This document shows positions 35,578 through 50,476 of a stretch of DNA of 64,000 nt, in pieces. Position 1 is the stretch's first letter; the number at the start of each line of letters is the position of its first letter. The notes below the pieces were generated by a model, which was not told the origin of the DNA, ran no database searches, and saw only the letters and a list, made by a program, of their open reading frames with translations. The position numbers were made by a program, and so were the translations under genes. The DNA is from Antedon mediterranea (lineage: Eukaryota > Animalia > Echinodermata), in the NCBI RefSeq assembly GCF_964355755.1, contig NC_092678.1, positions 4,728,422-4,792,421 of the forward strand. Direction: 5' to 3'.

Positions 35578-36612
35578 TGATTGAAAAAAGACTAAAATAC
35601 ACATTTATTGTTAATACTGCATCTAGTAAAATGACAGTAAACACTGGAGTTCCTCAGGGATCCATATTGGGTCCATTATTATTTCTTATATTCATTAATG
35701 ATATTAGTCTAGCATGTAACCATGTAGACATGATTATGTATGCAGATGACACAAATGTGTTTTATAGTCACAATGATATTACTCAAGCTTTTGATACAAT
35801 GAACCAGGAGTTATCTATACTTTCGGACTGGTTTATTTCTAACAAATTAACGCTAAATGTAAACAAATCAAAATAATGTTATATTTAAGGCTAGAAATAA
35901 GTCAGCTGACACTACCTCACTAGAATTGAGGATGGGAAATGAATGTATAGTAAAAGCTACTGAAGTTAAATTTCTAGGCTTATTTCTGGATGAAACTTTA
36001 TAGTTTAATTTTCATGTAAATGAGGTAGCAAACAGTATTTCTAGAATAATTGGTGTCTTAAACAAAGTGAAGTCTATGTTATCAAGTAAAATCTGGTTAA
36101 CGGTATACAATGCACTTATATTACCTAGAATAACGTATGCTATCACAGTATGGGGTGCTACTTCTGCTACAAACTTAAACCGTATACATATTCTCCAGAA
36201 AAAAGCACTTGGAAATATTTGTCGTGTTCATTTTATGCATTTAGAAACAGGTCAAACTACTGTCCACAACTAAAACGCACCAAAGTCGGACAGCAATGTA
36301 TTTCCTACCAAGGAACACATATTTGGAACAATTTAACAGACTATATAAAACAATCCCCCACTTTAAGTTTGTTTAAACAGAGATTAAAGCAATATTATAA
36401 CAATAGAAATATTTAAGTTAAGTAAATCACATTATGTTATTTTGGTTTGTTCTTTTTGTTAGTACTAATTGTTTGATCTTTTTGTTAGGGTTACATGCTT
36501 AAAGCACTTGTGCTTATTTTGTATCCCATTCCATTATCTTATTATTTGTATTGTATTTGTATATGTTTTTATTTTGATTATGGAATAAAAATGTCGATGA
36601 ATTGAATTGAAT
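35578..36612 (+). mobile_element. CR1/L2-group LINE 3' end
   Basis: GVPQGSILGPLLFLIFINDI, MYADDT, KFLGL; AATAAA and (aattg)n tail. Confidence 0.85.
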
Positions 36613-38123
36613 TCACAAAATAGGTTGAAATCAGCCCACTCCCGTCTCAAGTTGCAGAGGTAAGTGCTAGAGCCCTAGATTTGGTGTACCTTTTCAGTTA
36701 CACTCAGACCAGGGGAGGAATTTTGAAAGTGAATTGTTCGCATGTTTATGTAAAGTCTTACAGATCCACAAGACCCGGACGACGAGGTAACGACCGCTGC
36801 CACAGATTGCTGGTGCGCTACGCGCCACAGTGAATTGCTCGACTGGTTTCACTCCAAACATGCTGATGCTGGACCGAGAGGTCAACTTATCAGCTGATTT
36901 TATGTTTGGAGAATGCAGGTCCACTGATGAGCAGGATGTAGTTGCAGATTTAGTGAAAGCAATCCGTGATGCCCATGGTGTCTCTAAGGAAACGCTAAAG
37001 CAAACTCAGAAGAGAATGAAACAGGACTATGTTCTCCTTATGTTCTTTGAGTACTAGAACGTCCTTACCAATGTGGGGACAAAGTCTACGTTCTTGACAA
37101 GGCTACCCCTCGGGGGAAAGTGCAAGAAGTTGTGTCCTCCCTGGAAGGGGCCCGGTATTGTTATTGAGGTTTTTAGTTCTTGTTTTTTGCAGGTGCAGCT
37201 GAGGAATAAGCTGTTCTAAATCATGACAAGCTGAAGCCCTGTTGGGATCGACAGCTTCCTAAATGGCTAATTGATTTTAATTTACCTTCTTTTTCTTCAC
37301 CTACATGTGATGATGCGGGACCGTTGTATTGTTTATATCGCCAGCCCTGGCCTGTGCCCAAGGGATGATGAGTGATGGCAACGACGTCCTACCACTGGAT
37401 AGGAAGACGTGATTGGGATAAAGAGGCTCCGGCTATCAATCACCCATCAGCCCTCATCCACTGGCGTTGTGTGGTTAGTCTCGTCACTTTGTTTGGTGAA
37501 GAAGTGGTAAAGGAATGTGGTCGTCGGGCCGAGGAGTAGCCGGAAGTGAACCAGACTTCAACCGCAAAGCAGCAGACAAAGAGGAAAGCAGCCACCACCG
37601 GCACAGAACACAGAGAGCGACCAGCCAAGCGTGATGCCCCCCGCACCACATGTTGGAAAATCAGTGGCGACGCCATTGGTTGTGCAGAGGACATCGGCCT
37701 CGTTTGGTTCGGCATCCATCTCGGCCAGTTGCGGACAGATCTGCAACTATCTTGATGTGCGGACCTGTAGATGTGATTGGTGGGATTGCCCTGTTTGGCG
37801 ATCCGACCACGTACCCGACCGAACAGGAGATCTGCGAGTTGAAGAGGCATGGTTGTGCGGTGGGCTTGTGAGTGGCTCCTGGTTACTCGCCGACAACGGT
37901 CCGATTCGATATGCTTCTGGCCTTAGTCCGATCTCGAGAAGTTTGAGTAATTGGGAATTTGGGATTGGATCATTCGGCCTCACCCACTGACTGGCCAAGG
38001 CAGGATCAACTTCTGAAGAGGGTGTTGGGTCGTTGTTTGGACCTCGGCCACCATCGCCTGCTTACCTTGGAAATAGCGACTGCTCCTGGCAGACCACGCT
38101 TCTACGAAGGGTGTAGCAACTGC
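36610..38123 (+). mobile_element. Second copy of the Gypsy integrase - PHD-like - TatD-like segment
   Basis: Aligns with 11634-12938; retains extra sequence GPLYCLYRQPW (~37318-37350) resembling the start of a PHD finger. Confidence 0.75.
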
Positions 38124-38129
38124 CTAAAA

Positions 38130-39290
38130 AATGCCAGTACCACATAACAAAGTTGTCATCATTGATGCTATGGCGCTATTATAAAACCCGAGACTTCCCA
38201 TCAATGCTACCTTTGCTGATTTAGCTTTGACGGTTTTAGATAAGGTCATAAAACATGCTTCACCTTTTTCAATTGTTTATTGGGTATGCAACACCTATCC
38301 ATCAGTATCTATCGAAAATGCTGAAAGAGATGAGAGAGTTAAATCAACTATAGGCAGTTTTGCAACTACAATATTCCAGTTCAATTCAAAGCAATTAAAA
38401 AAAGGCTCTGTGTGATGGACAATTTAAAGAATCATTGACAACTTTTTTATTGGAAGAATGGCGTCACAAGAGATATGCTTCAATACTTGGTCAGGTGACA
38501 GTTTATGCTACTTCCGGCTCAAAATGCTGTGTATTTTGGGCAGCTGATCTTCAAGTTCAAGGTAATTGTTTGCGGACACTAAGATCACCATGTAATGAGG
38601 TACCTGAATTAGAATATAACATGGGAGAAGCTGACCAACATCTCATTCTCCTTGCATACTACGCATCAAACCAGATGTCATATCAATTCAGTCACCTGAC
38701 ACTGATGTTATGGTTATGTCAACAGCTGGATGTGGCTGAGTGGATATCAACTTGTGTATTTGTTACTTACTTACTGGAGTGAGAGACAAAATCTGTTCAG
38801 TCAATGTCACAAGAATAGCCGAGAGCCTTGGAATGTCTGTGTGCAAAGCATTAATAGGACCTCATGTTTTCACGGGACAGCACCTGTGCTTCCAAAGGAA
38901 AGAGAAAGTCATCTGTACTCTGGTTGATACAGAATAACAGTACATTCTGCCAATGTAATGGCTTCTCTTAGTAAGACCTTAACTTCAACTGATGATTTGT
39001 TCAAGAAAATTAAAATCAGTAACAACATGTAGTGTAAACACTATGAGAACAATCATGTTTAGGCTACTTCAGGAACTTCCGATTCAGACAAACCACGAAA
39101 GAAGATATTGCGAGCTAATTACCAATCGTATAATCGACAATGCATACCCACATGCCCATGGGTTGATTGTAACAGGTTCTAGTATTGACATTGATTGGAT
39201 GGATATACAACCAGCTTCATCAGTTGTCCTATCAATGACTTGCTGTGGATGTAAAAGTGAATGTAAAATCAATAGGTGTAAGGTAACACC
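38130..39290 (+). mobile_element. DNA transposon fragment with XPG/PIN-like and Cys-rich motifs (Academ-like)
   Basis: VIDAMAL, GEADQHLIL..SPDTDV, SLGMSVCKALIG.HVFTG, CCGCKSECKINRC. Confidence 0.6.
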
Positions 39291-39321
39291 TTGCCATATT
39301 AACTATGGCAAGGGTTCATGC

Positions 39322-39610
39322 CTCACTCGCTCCATGGTTCTGGTGGTAAAACGAGTTTTCTCGGATTAGGAATATAAACCGTAGGTCCAGTGTACACATC
39401 TGGCTCATGTGCACTTAAAAAACTTACATCTTTCGAGATGAGTAGGGAGTTACGCCAGTTTACTAGTATACACACTGACAACTCATCAAGAGAGCCCCTT
39501 GATTGTCAGACACTGCTTAGGATCACCCTCTATAAATAAGGTAAAATAAAAATTCCTTTGTGATGCAGCCAATGAACAATGCTAATTGTGATAATTAAGA
39601 TTACTATAAT
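39322..39610 (+). mobile_element. SINE core/tail (Nin-domain-like)
   Basis: ctcggattaggaatataaaccgtaggtcc...gtgcacttaaa...tcgagatgagtaggg resembles the Nin-SINE core as recalled; only its 3' part is present at ~13004-13140. Confidence 0.45.
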
Positions 39611-40814
39611 ACAATTATCTATATTATAATATAACCCAAAGTGAACGTCGCTCATAGAGGGCATTCAGAGCCACCTCGTGGGTGTTGAGGATGGAGAGAC
39701 TGTTATGTTGATACTACCGCCGTATGAGCTAAGGTACCTTTTAGTTCCCCTTTATCCATTAGTCTATATTAGAACTGCGAATATGTACGAAAAATGTGTT
39801 TTTTATACAAATTTCTTTGCAACTGCCAAAATCTTCGGCCGTTTCCCCACTAGCAAATCAATCGAGCATGCAATATACAGCAACAATTAAGAGCACCACG
39901 GACATCAGGTCATCGCCGATCAAGCATGCAATTGGCGACCATGCACCATAAATCCTGAACCGGATGGAGGTATAGTAATCTCCTGCTTCGATTATTTATT
40001 AAAAAATATATAAGAAAATAAAATACCTCAATCAAATTACAATATTTATAAGTTTGAACAAACAAACCTTTTGTCTTCTAAGAATACAGTAAACCTATTC
40101 ACTTTATGAGCTTTCTTTACTAGGCCTGGGTAGGAGGCGCTTGAGTCCGGGATGCGATTTTATTTTTCGTAAATAAGTTGGGGATCCCTTATGTGAAAGA
40201 TAGTCAAACTACTTCCTAAATATAACTAAACCTAACCCTCTAAATAATTTCTCTCTCACTATAAAGTAAAAAGAAGTTGCTCATGGAATTCGAACACCAT
40301 ACATTGACCAAGTTCATAGCCTAAAATGCACTCGACTACACAGACGGCTCGACAGAAAGCAGTTGAATTTAATAGCGAATTGTAGCTCAATTCTTGCATC
40401 ACACCTTTATGGATAATGATGTTTATTTTGTGACGTTCCAACTCATATACGAAAAGAAATATCGCATCTGGGATTACCGAGCCACAAATGGTGCTCACCA
40501 TGGTTCAATTTAGATCGAACCCTGGTTACCAACAAGGGCGTATTCCGGTTCGGGTTCAGTTTCTACTGATCAGCGCTTAGAGGGGTTTTAAAACATAAAC
40601 ACTTTTAAATCCATGATATTATAATATAAATACTCTGCGTATTTGTTAGACTCTCACAATGACATGCCATATACACTTATTATCCATTTCTAGAACATGT
40701 ATTCACTTAATTTATCATGGTGCCTGTCCATTTATCATGGTGCGATCCATGTACTGTAAGTGCTACAAAGTCTAAACTACAACTGTTACTAGTAATAAAC
40801 ATAACATTCATTAC

Positions 40815-41000
40815 CTGCAAAAGCATCGAAATCTAAATCTCGTACCTCCTCAGATCAGGAATCTCATTCAAAGCATCGGCAGGATTAGCACCCACAGCTG
40901 ACTCATGCTCTAAAGCATCTACTGCCATCTTACGTGCCCAATCATATTTCTCCAGGTGTACACGTGTACTGTCGAGTACCTCCATATACGCCTCAGTATA
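40815..41000 (-). pseudogene. SUPT6H: Spt6 exon copy (duplicate B)
   Basis: Near-identical to 14492-14675. Confidence 0.85.
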
Positions 41001-44000
41001 CTGTAAACGTTAATAAAAGGGTTCCATTATTTGATACATTTTTTTTGGCATCATTGTATGAATACTTCATTTCATTTATTTTATTGGCACAAACAGCCAC
41101 AACAGGTTGTGGCTGATCACAGGTGATCACATAACAGGTGATGACCACATCAAAGTAGTTATGTCCATTTCCTAGGCAGAGGTTTAGGCATCTAAATTCG
41201 GCCATGACAACCATGCCAACTCGAGTCACCCCCTTGTGAAAATAAATAGTACCTTAATAATAATAATAATATCCTGGATTTATATAGGGCCTAATGTTGT
41301 GAAACCTCTAATCGCTAAAGATTATTACCCCAGTCATTGTTTGGATCAAACACCTATAACAACATACTCCCATAATGCAGCTAGTAATCAGCGCAACCTT
41401 AGTCACTTTATAATGTCATGAGGTAATTTCCCGATTGATCGTAATCAAAACGGTACTGGGTTTGGTCTACTAGCGTTCCTGCTCCCAACCAGTACATCCA
41501 TTCATAGAAGCCTTTGAAAAAAAAGTTATAAGCAATGACATCTTCATTTTCCCACAATCATCATGTTGATATCACGGAACTATTTGGTGTGGTGGCAGTA
41601 TTTACAGCTGATTTATTTCTTATATTATTTCATTTTATTTTTTAATTTTTATTATTATTTTTCTTTTATGCTTTTTATTTATTTTTACAAGGGTCAGGCA
41701 GATTCGAGTTGGCGTGGTTGTCATCTAAACCTCTGCCTAGGAAATGGAATATTTATAGTATGATTTTGTTGTGATGGTCTTCACAATCCTCATTCCACTC
41801 TCTCACATTGCATGGTAAGAAGGGCCAAATCTGGTAATTAGTTCTGTGGGAATTGGATGAGAACTGGTTGGGATGTGAAGCCCTTTTTATTTTTAGAGCC
41901 AGTCGCTTCAAGGGGTCAAAAACAGAGTTGATAAAAAGCTGCTGGTTGCTGTACTTAGAGAAGAAACAATGTCTAGCTTCCTTTCTCCTGCTCTGTAGTG
42001 AGTTCCATTTCAGTTCCTCCATCATGTTATTAACCCTTGAGGTTCTGCAAAACCTCCTAGTGACCCCATCTAGCTGCAATTCGTTGGATCTTCTCAAGAC
42101 AAGTTATGTTGATTTGTGTGTACTGTGTGGGGATCCCATACAGTTAAAGCGTACTCCATTCTAGGTCATACTAGAGCTTTGTAGACTGCTTTCACCTTCT
42201 TAGAGCCATTTAAGATTCCTTTTTAAGAATCCCAGAGCCTGGTTTCCAGCTTGGCAGACATTTGTGATGTGCTGGTTCCACACGCAATTTAGATCATTAG
42301 ATATGGTGACACCGAGGTACTTGATGTTATCCACCTGCTTGATAACATGTCCATGCAAAGAATACAATATGGATGTAGGACCTTTCTTTCTAGATATGAT
42401 CACGGCACTTATCTGGATGGAATTCCATCTCCCACATCTTCCTATTCAGCCAATTTGTAAATATCAGCTTGGAGACGGTTGTATCTCATCTCTTCTTGAT
42501 GTGCTTTCTCAATGTATAAGTGTATCATCGCCAAATAATCTGGTAGTGAACTTTAGGCAGGTCATTGATAAGAAGAGCCGATCATTGTGCTACACCAGAT
42601 AATACAGGAATGTATGAGTACTTTGTCCCGTTCATTACAACAGCTTGTGTCCTCTCTGAGAAATTTTTCAATACATCTTGAAGTCTTACCACAGACACCA
42701 TTTCTTCTAAGCTTGTGTATCAGGAGTGGGTGGCACACTTTATCAAAAGCTTTTGAAAAGTCAAATACAAGAACATCCTGACGTTTACCTTTCTCTGCAA
42801 TTTCAGTGAGCTCGTCAAGTTAAGTCTCGGTAGATCTGTCACCGCGATATCCAAGTTGCTCATCTTTTAGGATGTTGTGCTGGTCACTATGAGACATCAG
42901 ATTAGTAACGATGATGTGTTCCATAATTTTACAAGAGATACTGGTCAATGGTCTGTAGTTAGATGCTTTGTATCGCTCACCTTTTTTAAATACTGATGTT
43001 GATGTCAGGGCACTCTGACCAGCCCAACCTTTCATTATTAAGACACCGTTCAAGTTCATCCTCGTCAAAACTCTCAGGATCACTGAATACAGATTGGAAT
43101 TGGTTATTAAGTATGTTGGCTGGCTTTTCAGGATCAGTCACTAGTCTACCATTATGTTTCAAGTTATAAACACCAACATTTCTTTTGATTAGTTTCCGTA
43201 ACTTCTTGTTTGGCACAATTTTTTCATCAGATGATCTTTTCTCAGTAACTGTCCAGTATTGACATCTCGGTGAGCGTTGTATCTCCCTTTTTAATTGTCA
43301 TATGGGTGGAAGGGTAGGAGGCAATTTACAATAAGCAAACACAACAACGTGGTTCGTTTCTAGTCGGCCATGTTACATCCGTGTACTTTTATTCGTGTAT
43401 CATTATTAGACATAGAGGGCGGTGTATCGGTAATATATATTATCATGACATTAATGACTTATAGTTAAAGCTTGCAGAAACAAAGTCAAGAGGGAAATCA
43501 TTAAAGCTAAAGTAAAATTTAATGCTGATAGAGTTAGACACCTGCAAAAAACTGACCCAGGTAAATGGCACCAACAGGTCAGAGTTATGACAAACACTAA
43601 GAAAATTGATCTCAATATACCAGTTCCTGAAATTTCTCCTTTGGATCATAAATCCTTTGCTAATGTCATCAATGAATTGTTTACTAACATTAGTGCTCAC
43701 ATCCCTATTCTAAATAAAACTCAATTCCCCGCATTCCTTTTCTCTGACAAACCTGCAACTAAACTTTTTCCTTGGGATATTAAAAAAAATAAAGATCTGT
43801 CAAAGAAAACAAGGCCTGCAGACCAGATTTGGTCCCGCCCAAAATTGTTAAATTATTTGCCATGGAGTTTAGTGAACCACTTTGTGATATACTCAACTGT
43901 TCTTTTTCTGAAAAAGTGGAAAAGGCAGTTGTAGTGGAAAAAGGCAGTTGTAGTCCTTGTGCCCAAGGTTCAGCCTCCTACTATTGACTATTGACAAACT

Positions 44001-44431
44001 CAGACCTATCTCCATTACTTCTGTGTTTGCCAAAGGAGCTGAGGAGTTTATCACTGACTGGATCTTGCAAAATATAAGTACAAAAATCGATGTTAACCAG
44101 TTTGGAAATGTTAATCTACTGCTCATTACCTGACCAACTTGGTGCATTATCTCTGTCAAGGTGCTGAGAATAAGCACAATGTTGGTACCATGGTTCTTAC
44201 TGATTTCTCGAAGGCCTTTGATCTTATCGACCATACCATCCTTGTTAGTAAGATCATTGATTTACTAATAGCCCTATACCCTACTTCATTAAATTATTAA
44301 ATTCTTAATTATTTCCCCAGCGAGCTTGCGATTGCTCTTCCCTTCTTTGTTTTTGTTTATTTTATTAATTTTTTATATATATATATTTACTATGACATGT
44401 TTTTTACCTGCAATTTGGCTCTTACCCACGA

Positions 44432-44844
44432 ATGTTGGAAGAATTTCATCTGGTTGTGGAATAGGTATTACATAAAATTTCTTTTTGAACAACCAAAAAT
44501 AGTATAAGCGAACTTACAGTACGTTTCGAAACCTATCAGGTTTCATTCTCAACTGGCGTTTCATCGTCTAGCGTTGTTAGAGTCGATCAACATCAGAAAA
44601 CATGGAAAAATCATGAACAGAGATGAAGGAGCCCACGAATTGTCACACATTTATGATCAACTATTGGAGAAGGGGGCACGTCCTTTTGGACCTATTGGTG
44701 GCGCTATACCAACTCATCGTCGTCATGGGATTAACAACGCTAGACGATGAAACGCCAGTTGAGAATGAAACCTGATAGGTTTCGAAACGTACTGTAAGTT
44801 CACTTATACTATTTTTGGTTGTTCAAAAAGAAATTTTATGTAAT
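44432..44844 (+). mobile_element. Penelope-like insertion (duplicate B)
   Basis: Same as 22768-23180; TSD 44420-44431 / 44845-44856. Confidence 0.85.
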
Positions 44845-46034
44845 TCTTACCCACGAGTTGTAATTTTGGTCGATTTTTGATATTTGAAATAAAAGTGAAT
44901 AACTTATACTTATTTTCCCAGATATAGTCTGTTCTCCCTCTTGATCTCCTTGTGTGTGTCAATATCCAAGGAGCAAGGTGTTTGGCTCTTGATAGTTTCC
45001 GTGGGATACAAATATTCACAGCCTCTTATAGCCAGATGTAAACTCTTTCCAGATATCTTCAGGATTGCTTTCCTGTTCATCATACTTGGATACCAAATGG
45101 TCAGACAGTTGTTTCATTGAGGTGCGAAAAGAGTCCCAATCAGCCTTTGTGTACAAGAACAATGCTTGCTGTGGTTGTTTGGTCCTTTTGGCATAGCTAT
45201 TGGCCTCTAAGTACACAATGTCATGGTCAGAAATTCCTGGTAACACTCTTCAGATGTTGTTGGGAAGGTTAGTCAGATTGTTCGATTCTCTGGTGGGAAT
45301 TTTTTGGACGGATTCTTGAAAGTGATTAATGCTCTTTTCACCTGACTTGTCAGGACAATAATAAGAGCAAACAAGAAGACTCCACTGTCCCTTGAGTTGA
45401 ATTCTGACCATAAAACTTCACATTCTGTAAACAGACTTGGTTCATCATTGCATGGCAGATTATCAGCAATTGCAATAACGACTCCTCCACCTTGTCTGTT
45501 CTCTACGATATACCTTGTAGTTATGTGTAGTTTAATAAATAGTGTAATCAAGGTGGGTCTCACAAACAATGATAACATCAGGCCTAGTACTCAGAATGGT
45601 GTTATGTAAAAGGTGGACTTCATTTGTAACAGACTGAATATTGATATTTAGGAACCGGAGGGGCCACTTGTTTCTCACTTGCCTGCTGGATTTGGTTGGT
45701 GTTGATGAATGTATAGGTTTGAATTCATTCTCATCCATTGTGGATGTGCTGGTATCTGTCGAATGTACAAACTTTGTGCAAGTCAAATACACATCGCTAC
45801 TGCTGTTATTACCACAGACCAAGCAGTACCAACTATAATGTCAGTATCGCCTAAATGTTGAAACGACTTGATGTTGACATCTTGGCATTCAATGTGGAAC
45901 CAATGTCTGCATGTTTCACATGCAATAGCTCTTCTGTTCCAACCAATAGACATTAGTGCATTACATCTTGTAATAGCTGTAAAGGATTACTTTAAATACT
46001 AATTAATGACCAATGGTAGTTTTATTAAACCTAC

Positions 46035-47925
46035 CTTCACTAAAATCTGTGTTTTTAACATGTTTTTCACTATTTCTTTTGTTGGAGTGAATCCCATCAA
46101 TTTATTATCAAGATGCACTTTGAGACTGATTGCTTGACCTGGGCAGACCTTTGAGATGACTCCATACCTACACAAAATAAAATTAATAAAATTAGAAACA
46201 TGACAAAGAAAAACACACTTTACATGGATACTGCACAACGTCTAAGGGAAGATCAATATCCGAGTTGGAGATGCTCGGTAGACCATATTTTTTCCTCTCA
46301 TATTACAATAATGAGCGGAGAGATCTAAAAGGACAGAAACAGGCAAGAGTAACGAAGGAGCAGAGAAGTACACGAGCCATTAACAAAGTCAGAAAAGAAA
46401 TCTACAAAGTAAAAAAGATGCCTGGATAGAAAGACAGTGATGCACAATAGATCAAAGTATTGCAACCAACAACACCAGGAAAGTCATTAAGAATGAGAAC
46501 TAAATCACAGCAAGCAAGACCTGCCACAGCAATCAAAGAAAAGGATGGACACTTACTTACAGAATCAAAGGCAACTGTTGATAAGTGGAAAGAATACTGT
46601 ATCGAACTATGTGATAAGCACAGATCCTGCTGTCAAACAGATTATGAAGAGGAGGAGCCACCCATACTGAAAACAGAGGATAAGAATGCAATAAAAGGCT
46701 TGAAAATAAGGAAGTCTGCCAAAGCAGATAACATCTCTGCGGAACTTCTACAGAATAGAGGTGAAGCTGCGGTTGCCAACACAGTGGACAAAACCCATAG
46801 TAATACCTCTTCCAAAAAATGGAAATCTTCGCCAATGTAATAACTACCGCCTCATCAGTCATTCAAGAAAGGTGCTTCTCCACATCCTATTACACCGCCT
46901 TAAACCTCAAGTCAAATCTATTCTCGCAGAAGGATTTCGTGCTAGAAGAAGCACAACTGAACAAATCTTTAATCAGAAGTGAGATAACTATATGGCCATT
47001 GGAGTCCACAAACATCTCCTTGAAATTGTGAAAGAGCGCAAACTTTCCTGGTTTGACCACTCCACAAGAGCAACATCAAGTCTAGCACAAACCATCGCAG
47101 AATGACTTGGATGGATAAAACTACGATATTGACAAACATGTCATTCTACCAAAGACCGTCAAAAAGGAAGGAGTTGGTGCACCGTACCTCATCTGCTTCT
47201 ACGTCACAAGACAACTAGACCAAGACCTGCAATATTAATTGATGTAGATACTTTGCACAAATACTTGTTAAATAAGTAATGTCTTAAGTACCTCACTTAG
47301 TTCTAAAAAGTCATCCTGTAAACAGAATGGACACTGCCACAGACCACTATCAACTTTATGCACTGAATTGGCATTATCAAGTTTCTCACCATGTGGATGT
47401 CCACGAGCAATTTGTATTACTTGCTCTACCACCAATTTTCTTGCAAACAAATACAATTTCTTCAGTTTCCAGTTCAATAGAGGATGATAAGTAAACTCTC
47501 GTAATAAAAAAAAACAGTTTTATTTACCTATTGACCTTCTAAAACACGAAAAACATTTAATTTTATGAGAACCACTTCAATTAAACATTGAATAATCATC
47601 TTTTGTATTGTAGTTATTGTAAATATAGCCAAGATTGTGAGTACCTGCCTTGTATGGGATCCCTGAAATGTTACTTGAATCAGCGAGGTAAAGCGTTGAG
47701 TAAACTATTATCTGTTGCCGGTAGTGATAACTGTCTGGCATTAGTGTTACGTATTCCATCCTTGGTTTAAATTGAGGCTGGTATGCCAAGGCTAACTTTC
47801 GGGAAAAAAAGTTTTGTTTTCTTTCTTTTTCTAAAAGTTTACAGACATCATGTTTGCCACCTTCTGCAGTAATGAAGCATTTGTGCATTAAAACATCACA
47901 AGCAAATATTGGTTGAATTTTCACC
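46035..47925 (-). pseudogene. SUPT6H: Exon X plus Spt6 CPFC and S1 exons (duplicate B), with RTE insertion in the intron
   Basis: Near-identical to 24371-26265. Confidence 0.8.
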
Positions 47926-50476
47926 TTTTAAAAAACCAATAAAGTTATATATTAAGCAATGACATTAGTGTGATATAGAAATAGCTTTAAATAACAAAAG
48001 GAAAAAAAATAAACATGACAAAGAAAAACACACTGATTACGTGGACACTGCACAACGTGCTAAAGAAGATTAGTTTTAATTCTAAATCTAAATATATATT
48101 GTTAACAATAATTGGGAAAATAATTGCATCGTCCTGGCAAAGGAAAGAGGGTAATCGGTAACTCAGTTGTTATTGCAAGGATGTTTTCAGATTTCGAAGT
48201 GAAAAAATCTATAGTATTTGTTACGTTTAATGAAGTTTATACTACTGATTAGATATCCTAAAAAAAAAACTAACTGCACCCATATCAGGTTACCTGACTT
48301 CACTAATTCATTCATCTTAGAAGTTGATGCGAGCAATTGAGGCTTACCAGAAACGTATAGGCCTACGTGTTGTCTTAGCGTTTGCTAGTAGGTCACTCGG
48401 AGAGAATAAGCGGAATATGCTGAATTATAGTAGTATGAAACTAGAATTTCGCGATTTGTTAATGGGAAGTGAATTTATAGGTTACCTGGATAATAACCCG
48501 CTTGACTCACATCCACACATCTTCCAGACTTTGGGCAACCGAAAAAAGATGGATGGCAGACTTAGCGCAATTTAAATTTACAATAAAATACCAACGATCA
48601 ATGCAAACGCTTTGAGCAGAAAGGCCGAACTTGGATCTGAACCATGTCAGCACACTTTGCAAGCCGTTGACGAGTGAACATCATCTATTATTTGGCTCCG
48701 CATACAATGCTGTAAGCCAACGTGCATGTTTGAATCGTGGCAATACTGTATACTATTCAACAGTGCCTTACTACGTTTTGAGTTTTCTCTGTTTTATTTA
48801 TACCCGATTTATTTGAACTGTCTACTGACGAGTTAAGACAATGCCTTACAAAGCCATACTTGATGTACTAGCTTCGGCCGAGTTGAGTAAACAAATATCA
48901 GATAGTATCTCATCAGCACTGACCCGTGCCGCCTTTCGAGCAACCATGAAATCGATATTGGATGAAGTTTTCAATGAAAAATGGAAGCTAAACTGAAACC
49001 CTTGTTTGATAGGTTAGACCAGGGTGAAACTAGAATTAGTGAATTAGAGGACATTAACAAAATCTGTTCCGACTCAGAACACTGCTATATCTGAACTTGA
49101 ATTTAAAATTAGATGTCAAGATTCCTTGATCATGATTTTGAGCAATACTCCCGTCGGAACTCATTAAGGGTATACGGTGTGACGGAGTCTTGCGCGGGAA
49201 ACACGGATAACATTTTGAGTGATATTTGTAATGATAAGCTTGGTCTGGAGCTAGGAGCTTTGTTAGGATTGAGGTCCTGAAGTTGTTTACGCATGCCTTT
49301 AATACTGATGTTGATGTCTGGGCACTCTGACCAGCCCAACCCTTCATTAGTAGGACACCGTTCAAATTCATCCTCGTCAAAACTCTCAGGATCAATGAAT
49401 ACAGATTGGAATTGGTTATTAAGTATGTTGCCTGGCTTTTCAGGATCAGTCACTAGTCTACCATTATGTTTCAAGCTATAAACACAAACATTTCTTTTGA
49501 TAAGTTTCCGTAACTTCTTGTTGGGCACAATTTTTTCATCAGATGATCTTTTCTCAGTAACTGTCCAGTATTGACATCTCGGTGAGTGTTGTATCTCCCT
49601 TTTTAATGACTTAAAGCTTGCAGAAACAAAGAGGGAAATCATTAAAGCTAAAGTAAAATTTAATGCCGATAGAAACCTGTAAAAAACTGACCCAGGTAAA
49701 TGGCACCAACAGGTCAGAGTTATGACAAACACTAAGAAAATTTATCTCAATATACCAGTTCCTGAAATTTCTCCTTTGGATCATAAATCCATTGCGGATC
49801 ATAAATCCATTGCTAATGTCATCAATGAATTGTTTACTAACATTAGTGCTCACATCCCTATTCTAAATAAAACTCAATTCCCCGCATTCCTTTTCTCTGA
49901 CAAACCTGCACCTAAACTTTTTCTTTGGGATATTTAAAAAAAATAAAGATCTGTCAAAGAAAACAAGGCCTGCAGACCAGATTTGGTCCCGCCCAAAATT
50001 GTTAAATTATTTGCCATGGAGTTTAGTGAACCACTTTGTGATATACTCAACTGTTCTTTTTCTGAAAAAGTGGAAAAGGCAGTTGTAGTGGAAAAAGGCA
50101 GTTGTAGTCCCTGTGCCCAAGGTTCAGCCTCCTACTATTGACTATTGACAAACTCAGACCTATCTCCATTACTTCTGTGTTTGCCAAAGGAGCTGAGGAG
50201 TTTATCACTGACTGGATCTTGCAAAATATAAGTACAAAAATCGATGTTAACCAGTTTGGAAATGTTAAGGGTTTGTCTACTGCTCATTACCTGACCCACT
50301 TGGTGCATTATCTCTGTCAAGGTGCTGAGAATAAGCACAATGTTGGTACCATTGTTCTTACTGATTTTGATTTCTCCAAGGCCTTTGATCTTATCGACCA
50401 TACCATCCTTGTTAGTAAGATCATTGATTTACTAATAGCCCTATACCCTACTTCATTAAATTATTAAATTCTTAAT

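Larger units (their letters stand above)
36610..49243 (+). repeat. Segmental duplicate B of 11634-27578 (lacks the young LTR element)
   Basis: Near-identical ORF pairs (e.g. 15445/41753, 23868/45532, 26966/48631); empty LTR site GCTTG at 42711-42715. Confidence 0.95.
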
